Counted from the stretch's first letter, positions 1-24,464 are shown. The stretch: 64,000 bases of DNA from the human T2T-CHM13v2.0 reference genome, Homo sapiens (GCF_009914755.1 NC_060926.1); one strand, 5' to 3'. Notes: a model not told the origin generated them from the letters alone. Translations and numbers: made by a program.

Positions 1-4375
<4,375 letters not shown>

Positions 4376-4392
4376 GAGGCCAAAAAAAAAAA

Positions 4393-5745
4393 ACCAGAAT
4401 ACAAGTAAACCTAACTGAATGACACATTAAAATCATCATTCACCATGATCAAGTGGGATTCATCCCAGAGAAGCAAGGATGTTTGAACATAGGCAAATCA
4501 ATAAAAGATAAACATCACATTACAGCCGGGCTCTTTGCTAAAGAGATAAATGCAAATAAAAATCACAATGAAATACCATCTCAACCCAGTTAGAATAGCT
4601 TTTATTGAAAAGACAGGGAAGAAGGGACACTGGTGAGGAAGTGTTTAAGTCTAATTTACTGTGGTTTTATGATTACAAATACTTCATCAGATATACTGTT
4701 GGTTTTATGATTACAAATACTTCACCCTCATATACTGCTGATAAAAATGTAAATTAGTACAGCCACTATACAAAACAGTATGAAGTTTCCTCAAAAAACT
4801 AAAAATAGAACTTCCATATGATTTAGCAATCCCACTACTGGTTATATATCCAAAAAAAGGAAATAAATATATTAGAGAGACATCTGCACTCCCATGTTTA
4901 TTGCAACGCTGTTCACAATAGCTGAAATATGGAATTAACCTAAATGCCCATCAATGGATACACAGATAAAGAAATGTAGTATATACTGCATATTCTCACT
5001 TATAAGTGGGAGCTAAATGATGAGAACACATGGACACATGGGGGAAACAACACACACTGGGGGGCTGTCAGAGGTCAGGGCGTGGGAGGAGGGAGAGAAC
5101 CAGGAAGAATAGATAGTGGATGCTGGGCCTAATACCTGGGTGATGGGATGATCTGTGCAGCAAACCACCATGGCACACGTTTACCTATGTAACCAACCTG
5201 CACATCCTGCACATGTACCCCTGAACTTAAAAGTTGGAGAAAAAATTGGTATATATACAAAATTGAATATTATTCAGCCATGTAAAGAATAAAATCTTGT
5301 CATTTGCACCAACGTGCATGGAACTGAAGGTCATTACAGTGAGTGAATTAAGTCAAGCACAGAAAGATAAGTGTTGCATGTGCTCACTCATATGTGGCAG
5401 TTAAATAAGTAGATATCACAGAGAGTAGAGTGGTAGTTATCAGAGGCCAGGAAGGGTAGAGGGGAGGGAGGGATGAAGAGAAGTTGACTGATGGGTACAA
5501 ATATACAGTTAGATGGAAGAAAGAAAACGTGATGCTTTATAGACCTGTAGGATGACTATAGATAACATTAATCTATTATAAATTTAAAACTAGTGAGAAG
5601 AGAGTAGTTCACATGTTCTTAGCATTAAAAAAGATAAGTATTTAAGGTGATGGGTAAATCTGATTACCCTAATTTGATTACATGAATGTATAAAAATTAT
5701 CACGTACCCTGAAAATATGTACGTCTATTTATATCAATTGAAAAA
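4393..5745 (+). mobile_element. Older L1 (L1MA-type): ORF2 fragment plus 3' end, internally deleted and interrupted
   Basis: CACCATGATCAAGTGGGATTCATCCCAG (ORF2 RT region), then ATGCAAATAAAAATCACAATGAAATACCATCTCA, CCATATGATTTAGCAATCCCACTACTGG and an L1MA-like 3'UTR. Confidence 0.8.
4988..5246 (+). mobile_element. 5'-truncated L1PA15/16-like 3' end inserted in the L1MA
   Basis: TTCTCACTTATAAGTGGGAGCTAAATGATGAGAACACATGG...CCTGCACATCCTGCACATGTACCCCTGAACTTAAAAG. Confidence 0.8.
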
Positions 5746-7039
5746 GACACACCAAAAATTTAAAAATATAGCATAAATGGATGAATGAACTGAAAAAAAA
5801 TTTGAACACGCCTATCCATTTCTTTTTTATATTTTGGCTGAAAAAGTGACACTTTTAAATAAAGTCTTGCTTATGCTTGATTTACATGTAGTAAAGAAAA
5901 AGCTGAATGTCAAGAATATAAAGTGTACAGAAGTTTGAGTGACGGGAAAACAACATCATTTTAAAATTCCAACATTCTGTTGCTGTTTAAGTCTAATGTA
6001 CTGTGGTTTTATGATTATAAATACTTTATCAGTTGCTACCATTGCTCAGGAGAATTTTATGAGTTAATAGAGAAAATAATGGAAAATTCTTCTCAAAGCT
6101 GTATATTAGAAGATAGGAGGAAAAAGGAAATTTAATGTAAGAGTTCATTTACAGCCAATTAATAGTTTTGTGAGTAATCATAAGGACTATGGAAACATAA
6201 GAAGGGTTTGAAGTTTTATATATAAAGCATGTTAGGTACTACAGACTTAGATAGAAATAATAACCCAAAATGACCATTGTGTGTACCTCAGAAAAAGGAA
6301 TTTTTTTTCTTTTCACTCAGGGTCATTGACTCTGATATTTGAAGCATAAAAAACAGAAGTTCCTAGTGAAAACTAGGTATTAGTTCTTTTTTTTTTTTTT
6401 TTTTTACTATAAAAATCAAATATGTGATTCTGAACCCAACTATAAATAATTCCCTTGGGGAATTCAGTACCACTTGTAGGGAAATTTGTATTCAATTTCC
6501 TTTTTGTTATGTTTTCTCTAAGTGCAATTATACTTTAAAAAAATTGAGTCTTTTTTTTTCTGCTTGGCATTGCTATGTTAAACTCATGAGTGGTTCAGAT
6601 ATAACAAATGGAAAATAATTAGTTCAAAAATAAGACCTGAGTGCTTCTCTTTTTAAAATTTATGATTGGCATGGCTAAAAGTCTTGTACTAAAAAAAAAA
6701 ATAGTGTTGCATTCTTTTGCATTCTTACTCTCTATTGTCTGCTTTCCTTTAAAGTAGCCTGCCTAGATAAAAATCCAAATCATGTATCAATGATGAGGTA
6801 GGAATGAGAATATTATAAATATTATACTAACTTCTCAAATTTCTTGCTTACATTTGTATTTTCCACTTGGTGTAAGTGGGTGGTTTATCCAGAAAAGTAG
6901 TGGTAAACATGAATATTTATTATAAAGGTACATTGGAGATCCTGTAAGCAAAATGAGTTTAAATAGGAGGTAACTGTGAGACTGTAATGCAGTTTTCATT
7001 AATTTTGCAATGCTTGTTGCTCTTTAAAATGTAGTAAAA

Positions 7040-7720
7040 ATGACAACCACCTCTATTCCTAACTCATTCAGTCTAGCTCAAGTAAAAGGGGGTTATTTTA
7101 AAGGATATCCGTAAGAAGGATGGACACCTAGTGTATGATATACAACGCGGGAAGGTGGGGTCTTGAATGGAGTGGAACTGGTAAGGCTGGCACAGCAGTT
7201 GGGTGGGAAGCTCTGCTCCAGTGCTGGGTAGTGAATGTCACTCAGCCTCTCTGTCTCTACTGATCTTGCAACTACAGCCTGGTTTCTTTACTATGCTTCT
7301 TCCCTTTAACATCTTATGCCTACTTCTGATTTCCTTTTCATAACCTGATTTAGTTCATCATGTCCTCTTCTTCACCTCATAGCTTCTATTTGAACATTCT
7401 TTTGCTTTCAGTTCCCACTGCTGACATCCAGTTCTTACTATGTTTCTCAGTATTGACAGTGAGATTTGAATGAACTCAGCTAAGCTTTTCACAAGTCAAC
7501 TTATTGTCCACTGGAAAGCTGAAAGACGGTCTACCTTGGGTCAGATACCTATCCATTTTCCAATCAGCTGTGGCCCATGGGAGAGATAGGGGAGGTGGGC
7601 TGCATGATGCAGGATATAGCTTTCCCTGCAGAAGGAGAATCTATGGCTAATTTCTTTATCTGGAGCTGTGCACACAGCAGTTTCCTTGGAAGGTGTGGTA
7701 GGCACAGTGATTGATGTGTC
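7040..7720. mobile_element. Probable degraded MaLR (MLT1-like) LTR
   Basis: AACTCATTCAGTCTAGCTCAAGTAAAAGGGGGTTATTTTAAAGG and CCAATCAGCTGTGGCC resemble old MLT1 LTRs; weak. Confidence 0.4.
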
Positions 7721-8779
7721 TGATGCAGCACTAAACCACAGACTCTAATGATTTGTGAGGAGGAGCTGAACCATCACTCTGTATGTTATGGGAGGCAGTA
7801 GTCTCATGAGATTCTCATGCAGCAATATAAGCATCTCAGGAGTTTTGCTACTGGAATGTGATGCCCAAAGAAAACAACAGCTTCATGCAACCTGTAACTG
7901 TTAACGATTAGTGAAGGGATGGTTTTATCGTGTCATGAGTTTATCTATTTCGGGAGACTGCATGAGAATATTGATTAGTTTTACCACGAAGGCAAAAGAA
8001 GACATGCCTTGCAACGTTTTCTGTGCTTTTGGTTACCATATGCTGTGTGATTTTCTTTCTCATCAGTAGGCATTTAAAGACTGATCTATGATAATTAAAT
8101 GTAGATTAAAATGTGACAAGATTTAATATAGACATCTATGCTTCCAAGGAAACTACAATTAGTAAAGCTTACATTTCAGACCTTTTTTTTAAAAAAGCTA
8201 TGAACTGTTATTTTTCTCATCAGTTAGCTGTAAGCTTTGGATTTATTTACGGCTTTGGAAATAAAGTTTTTTCAGTTCAGCAGAAATGCTGGCATGTTTA
8301 TTCATGGAATAAATGCTAAAAATCTTTAAAGAATATCTGCTTCTATCAAAGTTATGCTATTACAATGTTAAAATTGCAAATTCATTTTCTTTCATAGAGT
8401 TGATTTAGAGTTATACAAAATATAGAAATCATTGGATAAATCAGAAACTTCATTTTAATTTGGGGTGTTAAAATAGTTGGAAGATTTTCAAAATTATTTA
8501 AATGAAGGTAAGTGATAATAGCAATTTTTGGTTTGCTATCATCGTCTTTTAAGATAACATACTTTTTAATGAATCATTTGCTTAAACCAACTTGGTAGTA
8601 AGAATTTGGTATGAAATTTTCATAAATCAGTAATAAACTCAAAACCCTCTATTCTTCATGAAACAGAAATTGTATTTACCAAAATAAATCAGTAATAAAC
8701 TGGAAAACTAGTTTTCTAACTTGTCTATTGACAGTGTTATCTTAAATTTGTATATAAAGTATGCTATTGAATGTTTCAC

Positions 8780-10249
8780 GTTTTTAAACTTTACCTAGAC
8801 AGTGTTGTAACATACTTAATATTTAATTTGTTTTTTTTCACTTAACATCAGTTTTTTTGGGATGGACCTAGAGGATATAGGTAGCTATAATTCATTCATG
8901 TTTACTGTCGTATAGTATTATATAACATCTCATAATTTATTCATCTAATTTTAAATTGCTTTTAGTCTTCTGCTGCTATAAACATTTTTTGTATATGTTT
9001 TCTTGCGCATACATAAGAAAGTTTCTCTAGGGAAATACTTGTGCAGGAAATTGCTGGGTGGTAGGCTAAGCACATTTTAAAATATCCTAGATATTGGCAA
9101 ATTATATTCTAAAGGGATTGTGCTGATTTGTATTTCCAAACTGAGAATACTGAGAATTCCCGTTTTCTCATGTTTGTGAAAAACTTGAATTTTAAAAAAT
9201 TTTTGTATCACCAATTACTAGTTAGAACAGTGAGCATTTCATGTATTCATTGAGCATTTGGATATCTTAGTGTCTAAATTGTTTATATGCTTTGCCATTT
9301 TTATATTTTATTGTTTTTGTTTCATTTTTAATTGATCTATAGGAATTCTTTCTGGAATTTGAATAGTAATGCATGGTGATTTATATATATATTATATAAC
9401 ATATAAAAATTATATTATATATAATATATATCAAATATATATAAAATTATTATATATAAAATATATATAAAATATATTAAAAATATATATTATATAATAT
9501 ATATATTTTATATATATACATATTATATGTATCTTCTACCAGAATTGCTTGTATTATCACTTAAAAGACAAGTCTTATATTTGACAGAAGTATTTAATTC
9601 TAAATTAGTCAAATGTATTCATCATTTTTTATAGTTTGTGCTTATGCATCTTGTCTAGGAAATTATTCCTCACACTGAATTTATTAAAAAGATTTCCTAT
9701 ATTTATTTCTAAAAGTTTTAAAGTTTTTTTTTTTGACACTTAGGTCTTTAGTTCACTTGGAAATTTTTTAATGTCATGTAAGTAAAAATTGAATTTATTT
9801 TTATTCATATCAGGAGCATATTTCCCCAGTACCATTTGCTGAATATTCCATTATTTACCTACTGACTTGAAATGCTGTCCCTGTTGTATACCAAATGACC
9901 CAAAGTATAGATGGGCCTGTTTCTGAGTTCTCTCTTCTGTTCATTGGTCTATTTGTCTTTCTCTGCATGAATATCACCCAGTTTTAATTATTATAATTTT
10001 ATAATAAGACTTGATAGCTTGTAGAACTAGCCATCCAATTTCACTTTCAAAAATATCTTGGCTATTCTTGGTGTTTTATTTTTTCATTTAACTTTGAATA
10101 TCCACTTGTTAAGGTCCACAGAAAACTGTTTGGTATTAGACGAGATTTATCTCCCTATTTATTTTAGGTCTGTTTTATGTCTTTGACAAAATTTTAATAT
10201 TGTCATTAGAGTTCTTGCACATCTTTGCTAAATTTACTACTAGGTACCT
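8780..10249 (-). mobile_element. Ancient L1 (L1ME-like) 3' region; host of the L1HS insertion, resuming at about 16317-16340 and 16965-17200
   Basis: Degenerate antisense L1 text such as GGAAATTGCTGGGTGGTAGG, TTCTCTCTTCTGTTCATTGGTCTATTTGTC, ATCTTGGCTATTCTTGG. Confidence 0.75.
9380..9530. repeat. Imperfect (TA)n / AT-only low-complexity tract
   Basis: About 150 bp of almost exclusively A/T with alternating TA. Confidence 0.95.
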
Positions 10250-10492
10250 TATAGTTTTTTTTTTCTTTTCTTTTTTTTTTTTTTTTTATTATACTCTAAG
10301 TTTTAGGGTACATGTGCACATTGTGCAGGTTAGTTACATATGTATACATGTGCCATGCTGGTGCGCTGCACCCACTAATGTGTCATCTAGCATTAGGTAT
10401 ATCTCCCAATGCTGTCCCTCCCCCCTCCCCCGACCCCACCACAGTCCCCAGAGTGTGATATTCCCCTTCCTGTGTCCATGTGATCTCATTGT

Positions 10493-14343
<3,851 letters not shown>

Positions 14344-14382
14344 TCATTAGTTGATGCAGTTTCTTCCTAGTCTCGATGGTCT

Positions 14383-15399
14383 TTACATTTTGGCATGATT
14401 TTGCAGCGGCTGGTACCGGTTGTTCCTTTCCATGTTTAGCGCTTCCTTCAGGAGCTCTTTTAGGGCAGGCCTGGTGGTGACAAAATCTCTCAGCATTTGC
14501 TTGTCTATAAAGTATTTTATTTCTCCTTCACTTATGAAGCTTAGTTTGGCTGGATATGAAATTCTGGGTTGAAAATTCTTTTCTTTAAGAATGTTGAATA
14601 TTGGCCCCCACTCTCTTCTGGCTTGTAGGGTTTCTGCCGAGAGATCCGCTGTTAGTCTGATGGGCTTTCCTTTGAGGGTAACCCGACGTTTCTCTCTGGC
14701 TGCCCTTAACATTTTTTCCTTCATTTCAACTTTGGTGAATCTGACAATTATGTGTCTTGGAGTTGCTCTTCTCGAGGAGTATCTTTGTGGCGTTCTCTGT
14801 ATTTCCTGAATCTGAACGTTGGCCTGCCTTGCTAGATTGGGGAAGTTCTCCTGGATAATATCCTGCAGAGTGTTTTCCAACTTGGTTCCATTCTCCACAT
14901 CACTTTCAGGTACACCAATCAGACGTAGATTTGGTCTTTTCACATAGTCCCATATTTCTTGGAGGCTTTGCTCATTTCTTTTTATTCTTTTTTCTCTAAA
15001 CTTCCCTTCTCGCTTCATTTCATTCATTTCATCTTCCATTGCTGATACCCTTTCTTCCAGTTGATCGCATCGGCTCCTGAGGCTTCTGCATTCTTCACGT
15101 AGTTCTCGAGCCTTGGTTTTCAGCTCCATCAGCTCCTTTAAGCACTTCTCTGTATTGGTTATTCTAGTTATACATTCGTCTAAATTTTTTTCAAAGTTTT
15201 CAACTTCTTTGCCTTTGGTTTGAATGTCCTCCCGTAGCTCAGAGTAATTTGATCGTCTGAAGCCTTCTTCTCTCAGCTCGTCAAAATCATTCTCCATCCA
15301 GCTTTGTTCTGTTGCTGGTGAGGAACTGCGTTCCTTTGGAGGAGGAGAGGCACTCTGCGTTTTAGAGTTTCCAGTTTTTCTGTTCTGTTTTTTCCCCAT
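14383..15399 (-). CDS. L1 ORF1p, intact 338 aa (coiled coil, RRM, CTD)
   Basis: MGKKQNRKTGNSKTQSASPPPKERSSSP...YPAKLS...QNHAKM; REKR replaces the conserved REKG motif. Confidence 0.95.
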   Translation of the reverse strand: MGKKQNRKTGNSKTQSASPPPKERSSSPATEQSWMENDFDELREEGFRRSNYSELREDIQTKGKEVENFEKNLDECITRITNTEKCLKELMELKTKARELREECRSLRSRCDQLEERVSAMEDEMNEMKREGKFREKRIKRNEQSLQEIWDYVKRPNLRLIGVPESDVENGTKLENTLQDIIQENFPNLARQANVQIQEIQRTPQRYSSRRATPRHIIVRFTKVEMKEKMLRAAREKRRVTLKGKPIRLTADLSAETLQARREWGPIFNILKEKNFQPRISYPAKLSFISEGEIKYFIDKQMLRDFVTTRPALKELLKEALNMERNNRYQPLQNHAKM

Positions 15400-16306
15400 C
15401 TTTGTGGTTTTATCTACTTTTGGTCTTTGATGATGGTGATGTACAGATGGGTTTTCGGTGTAGATGTCCTTTCTGGTTGTTAGTTTTCCTTCTAACAGAC
15501 AGGACCCTCAGCTGCAGGTCTGTTGGAATACCCTGCCGTGTGAGGTGTCAGTGTGCCCCTGCTGGGGGGTGCCTCCCAGTTAGGCTGCTCGGGGGTCAGG
15601 GGTCAGGGACCCACTTGAGGAGGCAGTCTGCCCGTTCTCAGATCTCCAGCTGCGTGCTGGGAGAACCACTGCTCTCTTCAAAGCTGTCAGACAGGGACAC
15701 TTAAGTCTGCAGAGGTTACTGCTGTCTTTTTGTTTGTCTGTGCCCTGCCCCCAGAGGTGGAGCCTACAGAGGCAGGCAGGCCTCCTTGAGCTGTGGTGGG
15801 CTCCACCCAGTTCGAGCTTCCCGGCTGCTTTGTTTACCTAAGCAAGCCTGGGCAATGGCGGGCGCCCCTCCCCCAGCCTCGTTGCTGCCTTGCAGTTTGA
15901 TCTCAGACTGCTGTGCTAGCAATCAGCGAGATTCCGTGGGCGTAGGACCCTCTGAGCCAGGTGTGGGATATAGTCTCGTGGTGCGCCGTTTCTTAAGCCG
16001 GTCTGAAAAGCGCAATATTCGGGTGGGAGTGACCCGATTTTCCAGATTTTCCGTCACCCCTTTCTTTGACTCGGAAAGGGAACTCCCTGACCCCTTGCGC
16101 TTCCCAGGTGAGGCAATGCCTCGCCCTGCTTCGGCTGGCGCACGGTGCGCACACACACTGGCCTGCGCCCACTGTCTGGCACTCCCTAGTGAGATGAACC
16201 CGGTACCTCAGATGGAAATGCAGAAATCACCCGTCTTCTGCGTCGCTCACGCTGGGAGCTGTAGACTGGAGCTGTTCCTATTTGGCCATCTTGGCTCCTC
16301 CCGCCC
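15400..16306. promoter_or_regulatory. L1HS 5'UTR CpG island with sense promoter (minus) and antisense promoter (plus)
   Basis: Full-length CpG-rich 5'UTR; YY1 site GCCATCTT at 16285-16292 intact. Confidence 0.9.
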
Positions 16307-16342
16307 TATAGTTTTTATAGCTAATAAAAATGGTAACTTTTG

Positions 16343-16370
<28 letters not shown>
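15855..16370 (+). CDS. ORF0: L1 antisense ORF0, C-terminally extended variant (171 aa vs canonical 71); translation unproven
   Basis: GCAATGG start; [20 protein letters not shown]...VTRFSR matches ORF0 residues 1-64, then frameshifted; stop TAA 16368-16370 inside an Alu. Confidence 0.6.
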
Positions 16371-16960
<590 letters not shown>

Positions 16961-17599
16961 GGGGGAACTTTTGAAAATCGTATTTTAAAATATTCTTTTA
17001 CTCATAAGTAGACATTGATTTTCATTATTAATCTTATTTTTTAAAAGTTGGCTGAACTCTCTTATTAGTTTTAATATTCTGCAGATTTTCTAGAAGAAAA
17101 ATTGTGAAATTTTTTTTCTTCCTTTTTGTCCTTACACCTTTTTTTCTTTCTCATTATTTTAGCTAGGCATCTGGTACAATGTTGAATATAAGAGAACTGT
17201 CTTAGTCCTTCATTTAGATGATGTAGCCTAGCTTGTTTTCTTAAGCATCACCACCATTCCTAGGTTGTTGGGCCTGTTCAAAGAAGCAAGTAAAACTGGG
17301 AATAAGTATTAATGATCCCCTCTCCATCTTTCACTCAGGGCAGTCTCATGTTAGTAAGGGATAGGTGGAATACTAGACACAAGAGACTGCCACAAGTGTT
17401 ACTATTTCAATTCAGCTTTGCAAAGAGTAAGTGTTCAGGAGCCAAACATGAAACAATGCTAACAAGCAGAGAAGGTAAGGAAATTTGAATTTGCTTAAAT
17501 TGGGAGTTTCCATACATGTGAGAGAAATAAGAGGTTTGCCCAGGGCCAAAAAATCCCATGCATGGGGATATTATTATTTTGTTACTGTCTTTATATTTC

Positions 17600-17894
17600 C
17601 TTCTTTTTTTTTTAGACAGGGTCTTGCTCTATTGCCTGCTGTGGAGTACAGTGGTATAATCATACCTCACTTCAGCCTTGACCTCCTTGGCTCAAGTGAT
17701 CCTCCACTTCAGCTTCTGGAGTAGCTGAGACTACATGCATGTGCCACCATGCCTGGTTAATTAAGAAAATTTTTTATAGAGATGGGGTCACACTATGTTG
17801 CCCAGGCCAGTCTTGAACTCCTGGGGTCAAGTGATACTCCTGCCTTGGCCTCCCAAAGTGCTGGGATGACAGGCACAAGCCACTGCACATGGCC
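17600..17894 (-). mobile_element. AluJ
   Basis: Antisense Alu with TSD TGTCTTTATATTTC at 17586-17599 and 17897-17910. Confidence 0.92.
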
Positions 17895-17959
17895 ATTGTC
17901 TTTATATTTCAATGTTTATTTAGATTTACCGAAATATTTTCTCTCTTTTTTTTTTTTTT

Positions 17960-18900
17960 GCCAGCTATTGCTTTTTGTACACTACTCTTCTCTTCTGTGG
18001 TTAGCTTTTTCTTCATGACACATATCCTTTCATAATTTTTTCAATAACAGTCACTGGTGGTAAACTATCTCACTCTTTGTTTTTCTGAAAATATATTTAT
18101 TTTTTCCTTTAGTCCTCCATGCTATTTTAGCTGGGTTTCTAATTTTGATTGACTGTTTTCCTCCAATACTTTGAATGAGTAATATATTTGGCCTCTTACT
18201 ATTTATCAAGAGTTTCTGGTTAGTCTAATTATTTTACTTTGAGGATTTTTTTCTCTTTGGTTTCTTTTAATATTTTCTTTTTGCCTTAGATAATTTTTAA
18301 TTTTACTTTGATGTGTTTAGGTAGAGGTTTATTCTCTCTCTGTGAGTCTTCTGCTTTTTTCAATTGAGTTTCTTTTAGTCATTTACTCTTGCTTCTCCCC
18401 AGTCTTTATTCTCTTTCACTGGAACTCATATCAGTTTTATGTTGAACCTTTGCATTCCAAACTCCTTATCTCTTAATTGTTTTTCTGTGTTTTTCATTTC
18501 CTTTTTATTAGTGCTATATTCTGAGTAATTTCCTCATATGTTTCCTTCACTTTACAATTTCTTCCTCTAGCTGTGTCTAGCCATTGTTTGACTTGTCAAA
18601 ATTTTAACCTCAATATTATATTTTAAAATCTATATTTTTTATTCTGGTGCCTTATTCTCTTATTACATTTTTCATTGCTTCTCTTAAATGCTTTAAAAAA
18701 TTTTTATCTTTGGATTTATCTAGTATCTCAGGTTCTTTGATTCCTAATTGTCCTGTTTGTTCTGTCTGATTACTCTTTATTATGGTGCATTCTTCCTTTG
18801 AATAGTTCATGAATTTTGATTACAAGCTCATTTTCAGTGTGTGCATTCATTCTGTGAGCATCCCCTATAGCCTGAATAGAAATAGTGTCTCTGCAGAGTA
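17960..18900 (-). mobile_element. Ancient L1M ORF1-region relic
   Basis: T-rich degenerate text such as CTGGTGGTAAACTATCTCACTCTTTGTTTTTCTGAAAATATATTTATT. Confidence 0.6.
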
Positions 18901-19331
18901 ATTTTGGGTTTGTTTTTGCCAAAGTCTAGATTCATCAGTTTTTATGTTAAATCCTGGGTTTTGGATTTTAACACTATGTGGATGGCATAAATTTGGGCTT
19001 CTTACCCAAGTACAGGTGTAACCATGGTGTTTTACCTTCCATGGGATTCTTTTTATTGCCACTGAGTTATAGGCACACAGTAAGTTTTCTTGCTGCTTTC
19101 TGGGTTGGTAGGTAAAACGATTCTACTGTCATTTTCATGGAGCAGTGTCAGTTCACAGTTTCCTGCTTTGCAAGAAATTCACTTTCAACTCTTTGCCTTA
19201 TACAGGACCAAGGCACATTTTTAAACCACATTTGTTATTTGAAGCCCTATCCCTGCATCCCTAAGACTTATATCTAGGAACTGTATCCATTGGACACTTG
19301 ACCTTTATCCATTGGCTCTTGCATTTAACAC

Positions 19332-21920
<2,589 letters not shown>

Positions 21921-22669
21921 AACACTATGACTGTGAGTTTTCTAACATGTTTTCTTATACCCAGAATTTTAAAAAATCCTTTTCTGTTCATCTTTATATA
22001 TGAAAAATGAGTTATACTTTCTTGATTATATTTTTATAGTGAAATGGGGGTTTACATCAGTCTTCTAGGTTGTTTGTAGAGTATTATTTTCCCACTGAAC
22101 TATTTAGAATATTAAAATGTAAAAAACACAACTTTGTTATGCAATGTTAAGTAGGCTTACAGGTGGCTTTTTTGTTGATCAGTAATGCACTTCAAAAAGA
22201 AAAAATAACCAAGTTCCTATTGCTTATCAAATATTTAAATTTCTTTAAAAAGTAGAATATTATAGCTCATATTGGGGGAGTGAGGGAGGTCTGAAAGGGG
22301 TTCCCAGACATAGCAGTGCAGATAATTTTTTTTATAAAGCACATATTACTTAAACATTAAACAGGCTTTTGAAAAAGTGAGTTATTTAAACATTTTGACA
22401 TAAGTTACTGTTTTCTGAGAAATTTGTCTTCTAAAAGAGATATATTTCTACAACAACAAAATGTGACTCCAAGAAGTAATGCAATCATATTGAATAGTAT
22501 CCAGAACTAGTCTAATATATGCAGTCTATATATATCTGGTATGTTAGTTGAGGAGAACTCTCCAAAATATATTTCTATTGATAATATCCTCTTCTCCTAA
22601 CTGACCTATAATAAATACAGATTGGGAAGAATATTTCTAGGAAACCAGTATGAAAATGAAGTCATTGCC

Positions 22670-23175
22670 GTTCTTATCTGGGTTCCTTCAGAGAGCAGAG
22701 CCTAAGTCAAAAGTCTATGTATAAGTATTTTATTGGATAATAATTCCAGGGAGTAGGAGTGAAGGATAGAGGAATGAAGCAGAATAGAAAAGAGAGCAAT
22801 ATAAGACTATGAGTTGCTTACTGCAATGAGAGGCTGAACGTGCAGCTGAGTAGCCATGCAAAATGTATTCCAGACCATATGCTTGTATGCTAAGGGTGAG
22901 GAGATGAGGGGAGAATGGGAGAGGCATTGATGTGTTGGATTCTGTTCTCCTTTGGCCAACTTTGTGTCATGAGGAATTACATTCAAGGCTGTGTCTGTGT
23001 AAAGTATGAGTGCTTGTATTTCCATAGAGAAACTTAGGCCTGGAGAAAAGAGGCATGTAGAGTGGGATGGAGGTAAGACGCTGTGAAGCTGGGAAGAGCT
23101 CATGAAGAATTTGTTGCACTGGTGACTAGAATGAGAGACAGGTGAAACCAAGAAGACTTGTAAGAATGTATCAGA
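22670..23175. mobile_element. Old ERVL-type solo LTR, subfamily uncertain
   Basis: TCTTATCTGGGTTCCTTCAGAGAGCAGAGCCTAAG...TATTTTATTGG resembles an ancient LTR end. Confidence 0.5.
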
Positions 23176-23739
23176 TATGAAAAAGTCTGAGTTTTGTGCA
23201 GTTTAGTTAATTTTCTTATTATTATATCATGATATGTCCATGATTTTTACCTTGGACACTTCAGGTAAGATTCTGAATGAAGAATATACAGGGTGGAACA
23301 TTTTGGCACTGGGAAACATGACAAAGACAAATTATTGTGATAGACTGAAGGCACAGGTCAGGTACACATATTATGTGTTTGGAGAACGTCATCTATTCTA
23401 GACATTTCTATTCTAGAAACATTAGAGAAGGCAGAGTTGGAGATAAGTATAGGGGTCTGCATCCTGTGGGTAAGCAAGGGAGGAGCTCCAAATGCCCATC
23501 AATCATACGCAGACTTGTTATATTGGAGTACATAGGTATATAGGGGAAAAATATTCCACCTCCAAGAGTTTAGCCCAACAACAGCTAGAGTGGCTAACAC
23601 TTCCTCATTTCTTTCCATCAAAGTCTTATCTTTCCAAAAATTTACATCTTCTAGTAAGTATAGAGCATTCATTTTATAACCCATCCCTTGCCTGTTATTT
23701 TCTCCCACCTAGATAAGGGGTTGGGGGGAGCTCCAAGTA

Positions 23740-24255
23740 CAAATGGTCCTCAACTTACAATGGGTTGACTTAAGAATATTTCAACTTTACAATGGTGTGA
23801 AAGCAATATGCATTTAGTAGAAATCATACTTCGAATTTTGAATTTTGGTATTTTCCCATGCTAGCGATATGTGGTAGGAAACTCTCTTAAGATACCAGGC
23901 AGTAGCAGTGAGTTGCAGCTCCTAGTCAGCTATGTGACAACAAGGGTAGACAACTAATACTCTGTAGAGTACTGTTACCAGTGGTTTTGGAATATTGTGT
24001 TTTGTGTTATCTCATCACATCATGTCTACAAAACACCCATCTGCGTATAGTACTCAAAACCTTATTATAAAATAGTCTTTGTGTTAGATGATTTTTGTCT
24101 AGCTGTAAGCTAATATAACTGTTTTGGGCACGTTTAAGGCAGGGTAGTCTAAGCTACGTTGTTTGGTAGGCTGGGTGTATTAAATGCATTTTCGACTAAT
24201 GATATTTTCAGCTTACCATGGTTATATAACTCCATTGTAAGTCGAGGAGCATCTG
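23740..24255 (-). mobile_element. MER47/Tigger5-type TcMar DNA transposon
   Basis: TIRs CAAATGGTCCTCAACTTACAATGG and CCATTGTAAGTCGAGGAGCATCTG, TA on both sides. Confidence 0.88.
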
Positions 24256-24343
24256 TAGTTTGAATTCTTTCCTGTCCTGTAACAATAGGTATGCCATTTC
24301 TGATTGAATACAAATACATGCCAATAGCTTCTACAGATTACAA

Positions 24344-24464
24344 ATTTGTGCATATCATTAGCTTATCAAATATCAACCCTAAACATTTGTGCATATCATT
24401 AGCTTATCAGATATCAACATTTGGCATATCATTTGTGCATATCATTAGCTTATCAAATATCAAC
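24344..24464. repeat. 34-bp unit repeated three times plus a partial copy
   Basis: ATTTGTGCATATCATTAGCTTATCA[A/G]ATATCAAC at 24344, 24385 and 24431. Confidence 0.95.

Noticed and set aside
15786-15854. Upstream extension of the 194-aa ORF in the track
   Set aside because: Begins at TTG; the established ORF0 start is the ATG at 15855
24344-24464. CRISPR-like array of 34-bp repeats
   Set aside because: Linkers are only 7 and 12 nt and repeat-derived; no cas genes; human context
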